Source: Candidatus Latescibacterota bacterium
GTDB lineage: Bacteria; Latescibacterota; UBA2968; GCA-2709665
Assembly (NCBI GenBank): GCA_965237675.1
Contig: OZ250150.1
Location: forward strand, 5,088,001 to 5,152,000
Direction of reading: 5' to 3'
DNA length: 64,000 nucleotides
A program made the translations under genes and the position numbers. The notes below the pieces were generated by a model. It did not search any database. It saw nothing but the letters and a program-made list of their open reading frames with translations, and was not told the origin of the DNA. Below, in pieces: positions 20,064-30,633 of the stretch. How positions within the stretch are numbered: the first letter of the stretch is position 1; the number at the start of each line of letters is the position of its first letter.

Positions 20064-22337
20064 CTACTGTCGAATATCGAAATTGATGGCCGCCCTGCCC
20101 GTCTGCCCGCTGTTTTCGTCGGTAACCGTAATCTTCAACAACTGCATCCCCGGTACGGTCGCTTCCATATCCAGTTCAAGGTGAGCCCGTTCGTCGGACT
20201 GTGTTCCGACATGATCGTATTCGATGCTGATGACGTTGCCCTCCTCACGCTTCCCGATCAGCCGCCCCAGGCCGCCCAATATCCGAGCGCCCACGTTTGT
20301 CCGACGCAAGGACCGTATCTGGTAGGAAATACGATATCGTGTCGCCCCGAATTCATCACGCGTGAGGTTATAAATCTCGTAATAAATAAACACCGGCTCG
20401 CCAGGGCGGTACGCTTTGGACGCCATCGGGATTACCTCGATATCGCCCTTTATAAAGCGCCCCCGCTCCGCCACATCGATCCGGGCGCCCATTTCCACGT
20501 CGCTCAACGTCAATGCCGCCACAGGATACGCCTTCAAAATGCGATCTTCCCGGTATATCTGAGTCCTGCCGGAATTGCGGTCCATCACCTGCACGTCTAC
20601 CCGGTAGGCGCCCGGAGGCAACAGGAGGCGATCTATCGCCGGAATGAACGCCCCGGCCGACGTGTCCACCAAACCCGAAGCGCGCAGGGTCATTTCATCG
20701 TCCATCCGATACACGGGCCTATTCTCGCCGTCGTAGACCGCAACACCCCGGACAAGATGCGCCAACCGCCCGGCATCGCCATCACGAAACGTCAAATCAC
20801 GAGTTGGAATCCCATAATAGACCTCCATCGCCGTCTTGTCATCGTCGCCCCGAAAAGAGGCCGTATAGAAATAAAAGTCCAGCGGTCCCGTGGCAAATGT
20901 CGGACGATAGGCAGTCGGTTGCCGGGCTACCTGATTGAGCATCACGGTCTCGGGGTTCATTCTTTGCCAGATTCTTGCGATCCGTCCGGTTCCCAGGGGC
21001 ATTCTCGCGAACTCGTACGGACCGGGAAAATTCGGCTGCACAAAGGTCATTTCGATACCCTGCCCCACGTGGGCATAAATCCAGTACTCCCAAATCCCTC
21101 CCACAGGGTAGACCGGCCGACCCAGAATGGACGACTGTGCGACCTGTCCCAGGAATCGTACCTCTTCCTTGAGGAGCTTCGCGCCGGCCGCTCCCGCCGA
21201 CGCCAGCAGACGATCCTTGACCGCCAGTACCCTGGGATCCGTCTCGAACCGGATATCTCCGGACCGGCTGACATGATCCGGTTCCCCAAAACGCACATAC
21301 ACTTCCCCGCGGTCGTCCCACGGGAATTTGTGCTTTCCGTGATTCTCCCTTGCCGTGGCCACTCGGCGATAATGCTCAACCAGACGCTCATTGGCGGCCG
21401 ATGCCGGCGCCGGATCCTGCCAGACCCAGAATTCCTCTGCCGCGGCCATCACCTCCTCCAACGATTTGGCGTCGGCATCATCCGCGGTACGGGTTACCAG
21501 ACTCAAATCGAAATAGAGCCTCTGCTCCTTGGGTTCCAGACGGTCAATATAGGCTTCGAACAACGCCTCCGACCGATCGTAATCCCGACGCCTCTGGTGG
21601 ATATCCGCCAGTTCCAGCACCGCACGTCGCTGGTGTGGGTTCCGGTTCTGGAACACCGCCTTCAGTTCAGCGATCGCCTGATCGGTCCGATCCTGCAGTT
21701 TCAGGACAACCCCCAGCCGCAACCGTGCCTCGTAGTGGTGTGCATTCGCCGAAATCTGATTCAGGTAGGCCTTTTCGGCATTCCCGTACTCGCCCTTGGT
21801 TTCTTCAATCACGCCAATCTGGAAAAACGCATCCGGGTGGCCCGGGTCCATTTTGACCACCTTGCGGTAGGCCCTGAGCGTTTCGCTGCTGCCGAACTGC
21901 CGGTACGTCTCAGCCAGATTGTACTGTGCTTCGACATAGGCCTTATCCGCCCGCAGCGCGTTCCGAAACGCATCGATCGCCTGACGAAGCCCTTTGGGTC
22001 GGCTGCGGAAGACGAGGCCCAGGCCGTTGAAGGCGGGCGCAAACCGCTTTTTTTTACGTAGCGCCTGCCGGAACATCTTTTCTGCCGCATCCAGATCGCC
22101 CCGTTGGAGATGGATGTGCCCGAGACCCACATAGGACGGCGCATGTTTGTCGTAAACGTCAATGGCCGATTGAAACGATTCGGCCGCCCGCTCGGACGCT
22201 CCCTCAGCCACCTGCGCGATCGCCTGTTTGTAAAGCGCCTCAGCCCGGGCGCGAGCGTCGTTGCCTTCGTCTCGCGCCTGTGCCGCCCCGACAAGCGCGA
22301 ACACCGTCCAGAACAACAGGGGCAGCCGCCTCATCAC
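20064..22337 (-). CDS. Exported TPR + GWxTD-domain protein
   Basis: Signal peptide, TPRs, FW..QDPAP..NERLVEHYRRV..A, WDDRGEVYVRFGEPD, C-terminal Ig-like domains. Confidence 0.82.
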   Translation of the reverse strand: MMRRLPLLFWTVFALVGAAQARDEGNDARARAEALYKQAIAQVAEGASERAAESFQSAIDVYDKHAPSYVGLGHIHLQRGDLDAAEKMFRQALRKKKRFAPAFNGLGLVFRSRPKGLRQAIDAFRNALRADKAYVEAQYNLAETYRQFGSSETLRAYRKVVKMDPGHPDAFFQIGVIEETKGEYGNAEKAYLNQISANAHHYEARLRLGVVLKLQDRTDQAIAELKAVFQNRNPHQRRAVLELADIHQRRRDYDRSEALFEAYIDRLEPKEQRLYFDLSLVTRTADDADAKSLEEVMAAAEEFWVWQDPAPASAANERLVEHYRRVATARENHGKHKFPWDDRGEVYVRFGEPDHVSRSGDIRFETDPRVLAVKDRLLASAGAAGAKLLKEEVRFLGQVAQSSILGRPVYPVGGIWEYWIYAHVGQGIEMTFVQPNFPGPYEFARMPLGTGRIARIWQRMNPETVMLNQVARQPTAYRPTFATGPLDFYFYTASFRGDDDKTAMEVYYGIPTRDLTFRDGDAGRLAHLVRGVAVYDGENRPVYRMDDEMTLRASGLVDTSAGAFIPAIDRLLLPPGAYRVDVQVMDRNSGRTQIYREDRILKAYPVAALTLSDVEMGARIDVAERGRFIKGDIEVIPMASKAYRPGEPVFIYYEIYNLTRDEFGATRYRISYQIRSLRRTNVGARILGGLGRLIGKREEGNVISIEYDHVGTQSDERAHLELDMEATVPGMQLLKITVTDENSGQTGRAAINFDIRQ

Positions 22338-22564
22338 CTGCCTCCTCGGTGGGATGACACCAGTGCCGAAGAATTGCCTTTATTGACATCTCGAGCGTAT
22401 TGAGCACGCCCGGGCAAACACGTAACGCGGGGTTTGCATCGCAATATCCGCGATTGGCGCCCCGTTTGTCGTTCGTGCATTGCGGCGGCGGCCATATAAC
22501 TCCGCCACCGCGAGCTAATGATACAAAAAACCCCTCAAAAACACAAGCACGGCCTGGCGACAGA

Positions 22565-23530
22565 TCACATCACGTCGCCCCGCTCCATACGCTCGAACAG
22601 GGGCCAATAATCCCGTATCCACACCAATGCCCGATCGTTGGACCGTTCCAGGTACGCGATTCGCATCCACAGAGTCAGGCCCCTCAGAACCGCCAGTCGC
22701 AGCGCATCGGAAAGCAGGGATTTCTCCTTTCCGGTCAATGCCGCCTCGTCATCGTACGCCCGCAAGAATGCAGCCATCTCCTCCCGTGTGAGCGGACTGT
22801 CCGCAACCACCGCCTGAAAAAACGCCAGGGCGTAAGCCAGATCACACAGCCGCGCGGCAAGACATGCCGTATCCAGATCCAGCACAGCGGCCACCCTCCC
22901 GCCCCGAAACAGCAGGTTCTGCGCACGGTAGTCCCCGTGAATAACCACGTGCCGCAATTCCGCCCATTCTCCTGCGCCTGCGCAGCTACCCAATACACTC
23001 CGAAAACGCTTCAACTCGGGGGCCACATCGCCCAATTTATCCAGCGCGCCCCATGTGGCCTCGAGTTCTCGCAAAACGCACTTATAGACGGGCTCGCCGG
23101 TCTGTCCCCCGGAAGCCGACATTCCAGATCCGATGGTATGAATCCTGCCCAACATCGCACCCGCATGTCCAATCTGCGCCAAATCGTGCGGCGTAAAGGC
23201 CTCGCCTTCGACGAATGTCCATAACTGAAACAGATTCTCACCCTCAACGACCAGAGTCATCCCATCTGTTGTGGAAATCAGTTCCGCCACGGGAATTCCC
23301 GAATCTCGCAACCGATCGCTCAACTGCGCGCCGAAACTTATCCGGTCGGCGGCCACCACGTCACTGTCGAATACTTTCAGCAAATAAGCCTCGGCGCCTC
23401 TCGTCAGGCGAACCGTCGTACTCGTCAGTCCGAACCGGACGTGATCCACCAGAACACGCAGACCGTACCGACGGAACACGATGCTCACAATCCGTTCCAA
23501 AGGCATCCGCAGGCTACTCCGGTACGCCAC
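22565..23530 (-). CDS. APH/homoserine kinase type II-like phosphotransferase
   Basis: YLLKVF, FVEGE, IHGDYRAQNLLF, VLDLD, DLAYAL. Confidence 0.85.
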   Translation of the reverse strand: MAYRSSLRMPLERIVSIVFRRYGLRVLVDHVRFGLTSTTVRLTRGAEAYLLKVFDSDVVAADRISFGAQLSDRLRDSGIPVAELISTTDGMTLVVEGENLFQLWTFVEGEAFTPHDLAQIGHAGAMLGRIHTIGSGMSASGGQTGEPVYKCVLRELEATWGALDKLGDVAPELKRFRSVLGSCAGAGEWAELRHVVIHGDYRAQNLLFRGGRVAAVLDLDTACLAARLCDLAYALAFFQAVVADSPLTREEMAAFLRAYDDEAALTGKEKSLLSDALRLAVLRGLTLWMRIAYLERSNDRALVWIRDYWPLFERMERGDVM

Positions 23531-24443
23531 GGCCGCCCCCTTCGGGTATACGCAGCCCCATCGTGTCCAGATGTATCTCCAAGAACCCTAGAAACGATGC
23601 GGCCGCACGCGAGAGATGCCCTCCTTCACGCCGCACCATCCCCACCTTGCGGACCGGAAGCCCCAACACTCGAAGCGCCGCCAGCCTGCCCGATCTCACT
23701 TCGTCCCGAACCGCGACTTCGGGAACGATCGCGATCCCCAGTCCAATCTCCACGAACCGCTTGATCACTTCAATGCTGCCCAACTCCATCGTAACCTGCG
23801 GCATAAGCCCGGCCTCGGCAAACATCCGATCCATCAACCCCCTGCTCGTACTGCCCCGCTCCAGCATCAGCATCGCACAGGTGCTCAGCGAATGCAGATC
23901 GACCGCGTCCTTACAGGCGAGGGGATGGCTTGCACCGCAAATGGCAACATCTTCTCTCAAAAAGAACGGTCTCGTCCTCACCCTGGGTTCAGTTACCGGT
24001 AACGTGGCCAGCCCGAAATCCACCGCACCCTCGAATACCAGCCGCACTACCTCCGGCGACATCCGGTCCGTGAGGCGGATCTCGACACCTGGATACGCCT
24101 GTCGAAATGCTTTTACTGCGGGGGGCAACACATAGGCGCAATTCGTGTCGCTAGTGCCGATACACAGCCGGCCCGTTCGCAACTCACCGAGAGCCGCCAG
24201 ATCCTGGCGGACCTGCTCGGTCATTTCAAGAATGGTTTCGGCACGTGATAACAGAAGCCGGCCGGCCTCGGTTAACAGAATCTGCTTGCCCCGGCGCTCA
24301 AAAAGCTTTTCTCCGAGCTCGTCTTCAAGTGCCTTCACCTGAAGACTCACGGCGGGCTGTGTCAGAAACAGTTTCCCCGCGGCACGGGTAAAGCTCTTCT
24401 CTCGCGCTGTTTCGACAAACCCCTTCAGGCGATCCAGGTCCAT
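23514..24443 (-). CDS. LysR family transcriptional regulator
   Basis: SFTRAAGKLFLTQPAVSLQVKALEDELGEKLFER; ERGSTSR; CysL-like effector domain. Confidence 0.95.
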   Translation of the reverse strand: MDLDRLKGFVETAREKSFTRAAGKLFLTQPAVSLQVKALEDELGEKLFERRGKQILLTEAGRLLLSRAETILEMTEQVRQDLAALGELRTGRLCIGTSDTNCAYVLPPAVKAFRQAYPGVEIRLTDRMSPEVVRLVFEGAVDFGLATLPVTEPRVRTRPFFLREDVAICGASHPLACKDAVDLHSLSTCAMLMLERGSTSRGLMDRMFAEAGLMPQVTMELGSIEVIKRFVEIGLGIAIVPEVAVRDEVRSGRLAALRVLGLPVRKVGMVRREGGHLSRAAASFLGFLEIHLDTMGLRIPEGGGRGVPE

Positions 24444-24525
24444 ATGGCGGTCTCCGGCGTAACGCGTTGTCTGGCCGATCATCACTCTCGAGCCTCCCCG
24501 TCCGATCGATCGGGAGATTCCACAA

Positions 24526-24600
24526 GATACTATAAATTATTAATATAACAAAGATAATATTAATAAATTTTACTTATTTATCCAGAAGCCGCATAATAGG
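24526..24600. promoter_or_regulatory. AT-rich divergent promoter with probable LysR T-N11-A boxes
   Basis: ataaattattaatat and ataatattaataaattttacttat in a GC-rich background between lysR and the purA-like gene. Confidence 0.6.
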
Positions 24601-24695
24601 TCCGGACATTGTCCAAGCATCCCCGGCGGTCAACCCGAACTTCGCGCCAACTCTCGACTCAAACCTCAACGCAACACTCGACCTGGAGGAATACC

Positions 24696-25706
24696 GTGTG
24701 TGCGACCATTGTTGTAGACGCGCTTTGGGGCGATTCCGGCAAGGGCAAAATTTCCGCCTATGCCGCCCTCAAGCAGAAAGCCGCCTTTTGTGTTCGCGCG
24801 GGCACCGGCACAAATGCCGGTCACAGCATCTACTTTGAAGACGGCTTCCAGATTCGAACCCACCAACTGTGCTGCGGCTGGCTATATCCAGGAACCTCGC
24901 TTCGGATCGGAAGCGGAGTCGCGGTAGATCCAGAGATCTTCCTCCGGGAAGTCCACGCCTACGGACTCGCCGGACGAGTAGGGGTGGATCTGCGCTGCCC
25001 GGTGATTACACCCGAACATCGCGCGCGGGAAGCCCAGGACCGGCATCTGGCTGCCGTCTTGGGCAGTGTCTGCATCGGCAGCGGCGCAGCCAGAGCGGAT
25101 TTTGTCCTGCGCCGCGCCCGGCAGGCGCGGGACATCCGGGAACTTGAGGATTACCTTACCGACGTACCGCGCGAGATCAACGCGGCCTGCAGTGAGGGCC
25201 GTGCCGTCATCATCGAATGCAGCCAGGGTACCCACCTTTCCCTGGCGCTGACCAGGGATTACCCCTTTTGCACTTCCGACAACTGCACCTCTGTTGCCGC
25301 GGCAGACGACGTGGGCCTGAATTGGCAGTTTATCAAAGAGGTCATCCTGGTCGTTAAAGCCGTGCCCAGTCGCGTCGGCGAGGGCCCTCTGCCGTTCGAA
25401 ATGGGAATTGGTGAACAGGATAGGCGAGGTATTGCCGAATACGGTGTGACCACCGGCCGACGTCGCAGAAAAGCCCATGGGATCTCCTGGCCGCACTTTG
25501 AAGAGGCGGTAATACTCAACGGGCCCACCCAGATCGCCCTCACTTTTTGCGACCACCTTGACCCCGGCGTACGGGGCGCGCGGAAGCCGGAGGCGCTCAC
25601 GGAACCGGTTCTGGAACTGATTCGCGAGGTGGAAACACGCGCAAGAGTACCGGTAACCCTCGTGGAAACGGGAAAGTATTTCGGAGACATCGTAGACCTA
25701 TCATAG
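24696..25706 (+). CDS. purA: Adenylosuccinate synthetase homologue, short archaeal type (336 aa)
   Basis: WGDSGKGK, GTNAGHS, SQG, YPFCTS, RVGEGP, EYGVTTGRRRR; GTG start after ggagga. Confidence 0.85.
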   Translation: MCATIVVDALWGDSGKGKISAYAALKQKAAFCVRAGTGTNAGHSIYFEDGFQIRTHQLCCGWLYPGTSLRIGSGVAVDPEIFLREVHAYGLAGRVGVDLRCPVITPEHRAREAQDRHLAAVLGSVCIGSGAARADFVLRRARQARDIRELEDYLTDVPREINAACSEGRAVIIECSQGTHLSLALTRDYPFCTSDNCTSVAAADDVGLNWQFIKEVILVVKAVPSRVGEGPLPFEMGIGEQDRRGIAEYGVTTGRRRRKAHGISWPHFEEAVILNGPTQIALTFCDHLDPGVRGARKPEALTEPVLELIREVETRARVPVTLVETGKYFGDIVDLS

Positions 25707-25732
25707 CGGAGTTGATTGCACACACAGAACGA

Positions 25733-25757
25733 GCGGATTTTCGGTTTGAAAATCCGC
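25733..25757. terminator. Hairpin after the purA-like gene
   Basis: gcggattttc-ggttt-gaaaatccgc; no clear U-tract. Confidence 0.5.
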
Positions 25758-25999
25758 CCATCATAACCTTCGGCGACCAACCGTCCAATGCCAACTCTCT
25801 ACCCACCTCCCTCGCAGGTCGGGTGGAAGAAGGACCGGCAGACCTCGTAACGCCGCTGAGTCACTTGCCTTCCCGGTATTGCAGGGTATTCGACGGGGTG
25901 CCATCCTCCATCGATGGGGGTGGCGGCAGGCCCCCTTCCGAACAACATGACCCGTACCCGCCAGCGCCCCGCGCCGAGACCCGCGGTATCCAAGCCGCG

Positions 26000-26296
26000 C
26001 TAATTCCTTCTGTTACGCCCACTACCGACTATTGCCAGCCATGCCGACTCGTAGTCTAAGAGCGCGGTCCGCCATGCGTCGCGGTCTCCAAGACCGCGTT
26101 GCAACTCCAGCGCCAGTGCATCGACGGTCTGCTCGGCTGCATCGACGGTTGCCAGCCGTTCCGCATCCACTGTATGCAGGGCGACACCGTTAAGCTCCGT
26201 TTGTATGCGTTCCACAACCCGGCGAAAGTCTTCGCTCAAGCTCGTAAGTGCGCCCGTGCCGGTGACCTCGCCCTGATGCACTGCATGGTCAGACAT
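26000..26296 (-). CDS. Hypothetical protein (98 aa, helical)
   Basis: Strong RBS aggagg before ATG; amphipathic helical composition. Confidence 0.7.
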   Translation of the reverse strand: MSDHAVHQGEVTGTGALTSLSEDFRRVVERIQTELNGVALHTVDAERLATVDAAEQTVDALALELQRGLGDRDAWRTALLDYESAWLAIVGSGRNRRN

Positions 26297-26430
26297 ATCG
26301 GACCTCCTTGCCCGGGTTTTAAATGGGTCCTCGTTACGGCATCTTGCATAACATATATACTAAACAAATGTGCAGCTGTCAAGCTGATTCAATGGGTTTA
26401 ATTGTTTAAAATTAAATTATTTACGATTAA

Positions 26431-28118
26431 CCCGATTAATTCATGAATCGTCAGATAGAGCATTTTAAGGAAGCAGAAAGAGCTTCCGAGTGAGACAAGA
26501 AACGAAAGCGCATGGGCTGTGACGGATTTGGCGTGTTCAAGCCGTTTGGGCGGCGCCTGCTTTGCCTCGTGACGTCAGGTTGACCTCGATGCCCGTGTCA
26601 AGCGCACAGACTTCTCCATGACCTTTGGTGGTGGTCGATGCAAATGTGAAGGCGGGGTCAGCACGTCGATGGGTTATGGAACACCCGTTGCCAGATTATA
26701 GAGGATCTTGCCATAAAGGTGTTTGAGTGGAAACGCCGTTGGCAGATGGAACTTGATTTTAGTTTTCAACTCACAAACGCGCCCGGCGACTTTCAAGAGA
26801 CGATTTTGCAGGGTATTGAACTGTGCGTTGGTCCACTTCGTGCCGCGCAATCCGATTGCAGCCAGGCTGTGCATCAGGACATAGGCGGCGCTGTGGAGAA
26901 AGAGACGGAAGTGATTGGCCTGGAAGGTGTGACAAGAGGTGCGATCGGAATGGAGAAAGGTCTTGTGATTTTTGATGAAGTTTTCCATCCTGCCGCGTGT
27001 GCAATAGGCGGTTTTGTAGATGAATGACGGTTGGGCGCGCTTCAGGTTGGTGACCACGAATCGGATATTGACACCTTGCGGTGTCACTTCCGCCTTGCAG
27101 ACGATGCGTTGTGGACACGCCCAGGTGCCGGCCTGATAGGCCCAACAGCGATAAAGGCGCACGGTTTCTCCGGAATCGGCATACCGCGTTTTGGCCTGGT
27201 CTATCAAGGACTGTGCCTTCCGCAGGAGTTTGGCGTTGCCGTTCTGTCCGAGGACAAAATACACATCTTCTTCCTCACACAACACGTGCACTTCCGGACA
27301 CGAAAAATGCGCATCGCCACGTAACAGGATCTCCACGTCGGGCCAGGCTTTACGCAGGTAGGCGATCACCCGTTTGAGGATGGTGACGATCTCTTTACCC
27401 GCAGGCCGCCTGCCAGGACGCAAGACCGTCGTGATCAACTTGCCGGTTTGGCCTTCATAGATATGCAGGGGCTGGTAGCAATAGCCATTGAAATACGCAT
27501 TGAACAACGACAACTGTTGAGACCCATGCACCTTGTCTTCGGTGTCATCGATGTCCAACAGAATGGCTTCCGGCGGTTCCTCATACGAGGCGACAAACAC
27601 ATCCGCAAAGGCCTTGGCGATCCGATACAAATCGGTTCTGCTGATGCGGTTCTCGAACCGACTCATCGTGGGCTGACTGGCCAGGTCCGCGCCAGACAAC
27701 GGCAACCGATCACAGGCCGCCTTGAAGCCGGGGTCCTCGCGTAACGTCTTGCAATCATTCGCATCCTCATACCCACAGGCCATCTGAAAGACACGTTGTT
27801 TGATCAGGTCCATCATCGAATGATGTACGTAACTTTGATGTCGATGATCGGTGAGCGCCGCAACCATCCGATGCAAAATGCCGACATTGGCCTCGACCTC
27901 ACGAAGCAGCATCACCCCGACGTCGGTCGTCAGCACGCCCCCGTCGAACGTGGCTTCTACCTGCCTACCAGAAAGACTTGCGAAAGACAACCTGTGATGT
28001 TTATCTTGAACTCCCACGGTAGTTTCCTCCTGTTTCATTGTTATTAGGTTATTTGCGTAACCATAATATAATACAATGACTTGGGTATGGAAACTACCTT
28101 TTTTGTGAATTATTCAGG
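26431..28118 (-). mobile_element. IS1380-family insertion sequence, 1688 bp
   Basis: Imperfect TIRs cccgattaattcat (26431) / gtgaattattcagg (28105-28118); flanking TTAA at 26427-26430 and 28119-28122. Confidence 0.92.
26674..28038 (-). CDS. IS1380-family DDE transposase
   Basis: FDGGVLTTDVG, GYEDAND..LREDP, LASQPTMSRFEN, LDIDDT, LRGDAHF, RGRMENFIK. Confidence 0.95.
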   Translation of the reverse strand: MKQEETTVGVQDKHHRLSFASLSGRQVEATFDGGVLTTDVGVMLLREVEANVGILHRMVAALTDHRHQSYVHHSMMDLIKQRVFQMACGYEDANDCKTLREDPGFKAACDRLPLSGADLASQPTMSRFENRISRTDLYRIAKAFADVFVASYEEPPEAILLDIDDTEDKVHGSQQLSLFNAYFNGYCYQPLHIYEGQTGKLITTVLRPGRRPAGKEIVTILKRVIAYLRKAWPDVEILLRGDAHFSCPEVHVLCEEEDVYFVLGQNGNAKLLRKAQSLIDQAKTRYADSGETVRLYRCWAYQAGTWACPQRIVCKAEVTPQGVNIRFVVTNLKRAQPSFIYKTAYCTRGRMENFIKNHKTFLHSDRTSCHTFQANHFRLFLHSAAYVLMHSLAAIGLRGTKWTNAQFNTLQNRLLKVAGRVCELKTKIKFHLPTAFPLKHLYGKILYNLATGVP

Positions 28119-28545
28119 TTAAGCGTACTGTGTCACAGATACATCAACTTCGAGTTCAACGGCTGGTAGCGGTCGCATGCCCCGAAATACGCCCGGTCGT
28201 GTGAATTAACTTTGCACAGGCCGTCCTTCTCTCATATATTGGGTGACGAGCCTTCCGGAAAGACTAAAGAGCGTCTGTGGATTGGATATGGGGTCGATGC
28301 CCGTCTCTCAGTACGTCTGGCCGCGGTCCGGGATCATGGCCGATTTCTACCACGACCGGCTGTGTTCGACGATCGCGTGGACGAATCGCCTTTGCCCGTT
28401 GTCACGGCTTTGAGGCGGAATCGGGTGCCTGCCTCAGTGACCTGTTCTGACAATATACGATTCGCCCGGAAGCTGTCTCTGATTCCGGGCACCTCCATCG
28501 GCACCGTTTTGTAATTTCATCTCGATTGGAAGGAGGAGAACAGCC

Positions 28546-29370
28546 ATGCCCGAAATGCCGGTTGGCGTCATGATGAGCGTTGGATGGACCCTTGACCAGC
28601 TCAGGCAGGTCCGGGATCTGGGTTTCGCCAGTGTACAGATTGCCGCACCATCCGAGGATGTCCTGAAAGATAGACAAAGAAGTACCGCGCTGATCCGAGA
28701 CATTCATTCGGTCGGCATTGAAGTTACTACCGTCTTCGCGGGGTTTTCAGAAGAGAGTTACGCTGACATTCCGACCATCAGAGAGACGGTGGGGTATCTC
28801 AATCCATCCCTGCGTGAGGAACGTATAAGAAAAACCGAGCGCATTTCCGATTTTGCAAAAGCGCTCGGCGTTGACAAGGTTGCCGCACACATCGGCTTCG
28901 TCCCGGAAGATCCGGATCACCCGGACCACCAAGCCATGGTTGCATGTGTGAGACGAGTGGCCGACTATTGCGGCCGGAACGGACAGGACTTCTGCCTGGA
29001 AACCGGTCAGGAAACGGCTTCCGCGCTGCGCCATTTTCTCCAGGCACTGAGTCGAGACAACGTGAAAGTCAACTTCGACCCCGCCAATATGATTCTTTAT
29101 GGAAGCGGTGAACCCATCGAGGCCCTCGGTATTGCGGGCGACTACGTCGTCAGCGTCCACGCGAAAGACGGAAAGTGGCCCCCCGGCGAAGGACAACTCG
29201 GCGCGGAATACCCCCTGGGCAAGGGCGACGTCGGTATGGCCGGTTTTGTTGCCAAACTCAAACAGATCGGATACCGAGGACCAGTCACCATGGAACGCGA
29301 AATACCGGATTGGGACCAAAAAGTGAGGGATCTGGTCCAGGGCAAAAAACTGCTGGAAAGCCTGATGTAG
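28546..29370 (+). CDS. Sugar phosphate isomerase/epimerase (xylose isomerase-like TIM barrel)
   Basis: LETGQE, VNFDPAN, VHAKDG, TMERE metal ligands; RBS ggaggag. Confidence 0.9.
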   Translation: MPEMPVGVMMSVGWTLDQLRQVRDLGFASVQIAAPSEDVLKDRQRSTALIRDIHSVGIEVTTVFAGFSEESYADIPTIRETVGYLNPSLREERIRKTERISDFAKALGVDKVAAHIGFVPEDPDHPDHQAMVACVRRVADYCGRNGQDFCLETGQETASALRHFLQALSRDNVKVNFDPANMILYGSGEPIEALGIAGDYVVSVHAKDGKWPPGEGQLGAEYPLGKGDVGMAGFVAKLKQIGYRGPVTMEREIPDWDQKVRDLVQGKKLLESLM

Positions 29371-29671
29371 CTGATGCCCACGGGGCCAGGCACGCAGAAA
29401 CGCCCTCTCTCCGTAGAGTAACCTTTTGGCGGGAGGGAAGGTCCAAAAGGACAACGACGGAAGAAAGGGCGTATCTATATCCTTATACTTCTGCGCAGCG
29501 GCAAAGTTTCAACATAAAGTGAATCTACGGTGGTGACAACCTCGCCGGGGAAGGGTCTCGTTTACGCTTACACATTGGCGTCTCAGATCCGGACGATCCA
29601 TCTTTTTTTTGTCAACCACCACCCGCGGCGCTTCTTGTCGGTTATGGCGATGATCGATCGTCCGCATCGCC

Positions 29672-30565
29672 TCAAAAATACTTCCCGACGCCAATTGACA
29701 GGGAGAATCCACTCAGGTCGCCGGGGTTGCCCAGCGCATCCGAAAAGCGCGCCAGCGTGTATCGCCCGTCGGTCGTTACGGCCAGATCTTTGTTCTTGCC
29801 AAACCGAACGTCAAAACCGGCCAGAACATACCCTCCCAGCGTGAATGAAATGTCGGAGAATCCACCAACGTGTATCCCCCGTTGCGACAACCACATATTC
29901 GCTCTGCCAGATCCACCCCCCGATCCAGTACCGATGCCCAATCCACCCGGAGAGTAGCCGCCGTAGCCACCCCCATGGTCGAATCGGACATATGGCCCGG
30001 CACCAAATCCGACATGGGGCACGATTCGCTTCTTCACCCCAAACTGCCGTTGTAATCCCACCGGAATCGATACGAGTGTCACCCGCTGCACCCCGGGGCG
30101 TAGATTCTCCCCGAGCTTCTTCGAAGCCTGGAGCGGTCCATACGTCATGTATTCATTACCCGCAATCAGGCGCACAGAGGGCGAGAGCCGCCGGTCGTAT
30201 CCAAAGCGGAACCCGAAGCCACCTGTCGCGCTCGAAAAATACAGGCTCAAACCGTTCAGATCGCGCATGGCCGATTGTGGCCCGACAAGATCCCCCGCTT
30301 CCGAATATTCGGACCACTTTATCGGACGGACCCCGTCTGCCGCCCCGGCCGACCGTCCGAACCGCGCCGCGGCGGACGGTACGACTATATCCGAACCCTT
30401 CCAGGGCATCTCGTCAGCCCCCGGAAAACCGTTCCCATTCTGGACAACACACGCCCCCGCACCGACTCCGGGCGTCGTCTCGACCGGATCCGGCTCCGCT
30501 GCCGCAACGGTCCACGCGGCACCGAGTAACACCTGACAGGTCAGAATTCCCAGAACGGTTCTCAT
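29672..30565 (-). CDS. Putative outer-membrane beta-barrel protein
   Basis: Signal peptide from ATG 30565 (RBS aggagg), PHVGFGAG, alternating beta strands, C-terminal GVGKYF. Confidence 0.65.
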   Translation of the reverse strand: MRTVLGILTCQVLLGAAWTVAAAEPDPVETTPGVGAGACVVQNGNGFPGADEMPWKGSDIVVPSAAARFGRSAGAADGVRPIKWSEYSEAGDLVGPQSAMRDLNGLSLYFSSATGGFGFRFGYDRRLSPSVRLIAGNEYMTYGPLQASKKLGENLRPGVQRVTLVSIPVGLQRQFGVKKRIVPHVGFGAGPYVRFDHGGGYGGYSPGGLGIGTGSGGGSGRANMWLSQRGIHVGGFSDISFTLGGYVLAGFDVRFGKNKDLAVTTDGRYTLARFSDALGNPGDLSGFSLSIGVGKYF

Positions 30566-30633
30566 ATCCCACCTCCTGATAGACAACAGCCATATCGCCG
30601 GCCGTTGGTACGTGTTTTCTACGCTGATTGCCC

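Noticed and set aside
20181-22061. 626-aa + strand ORF
   Set aside because: Antisense shadow of the TPR/GWxTD gene; no recognisable motifs
24696-25706. PurZ (2-aminoadenine DNA pathway)
   Set aside because: The catalytic Asp of the GD motif is retained (PurZ has Ser), and there is no phage, dATPase or polymerase context
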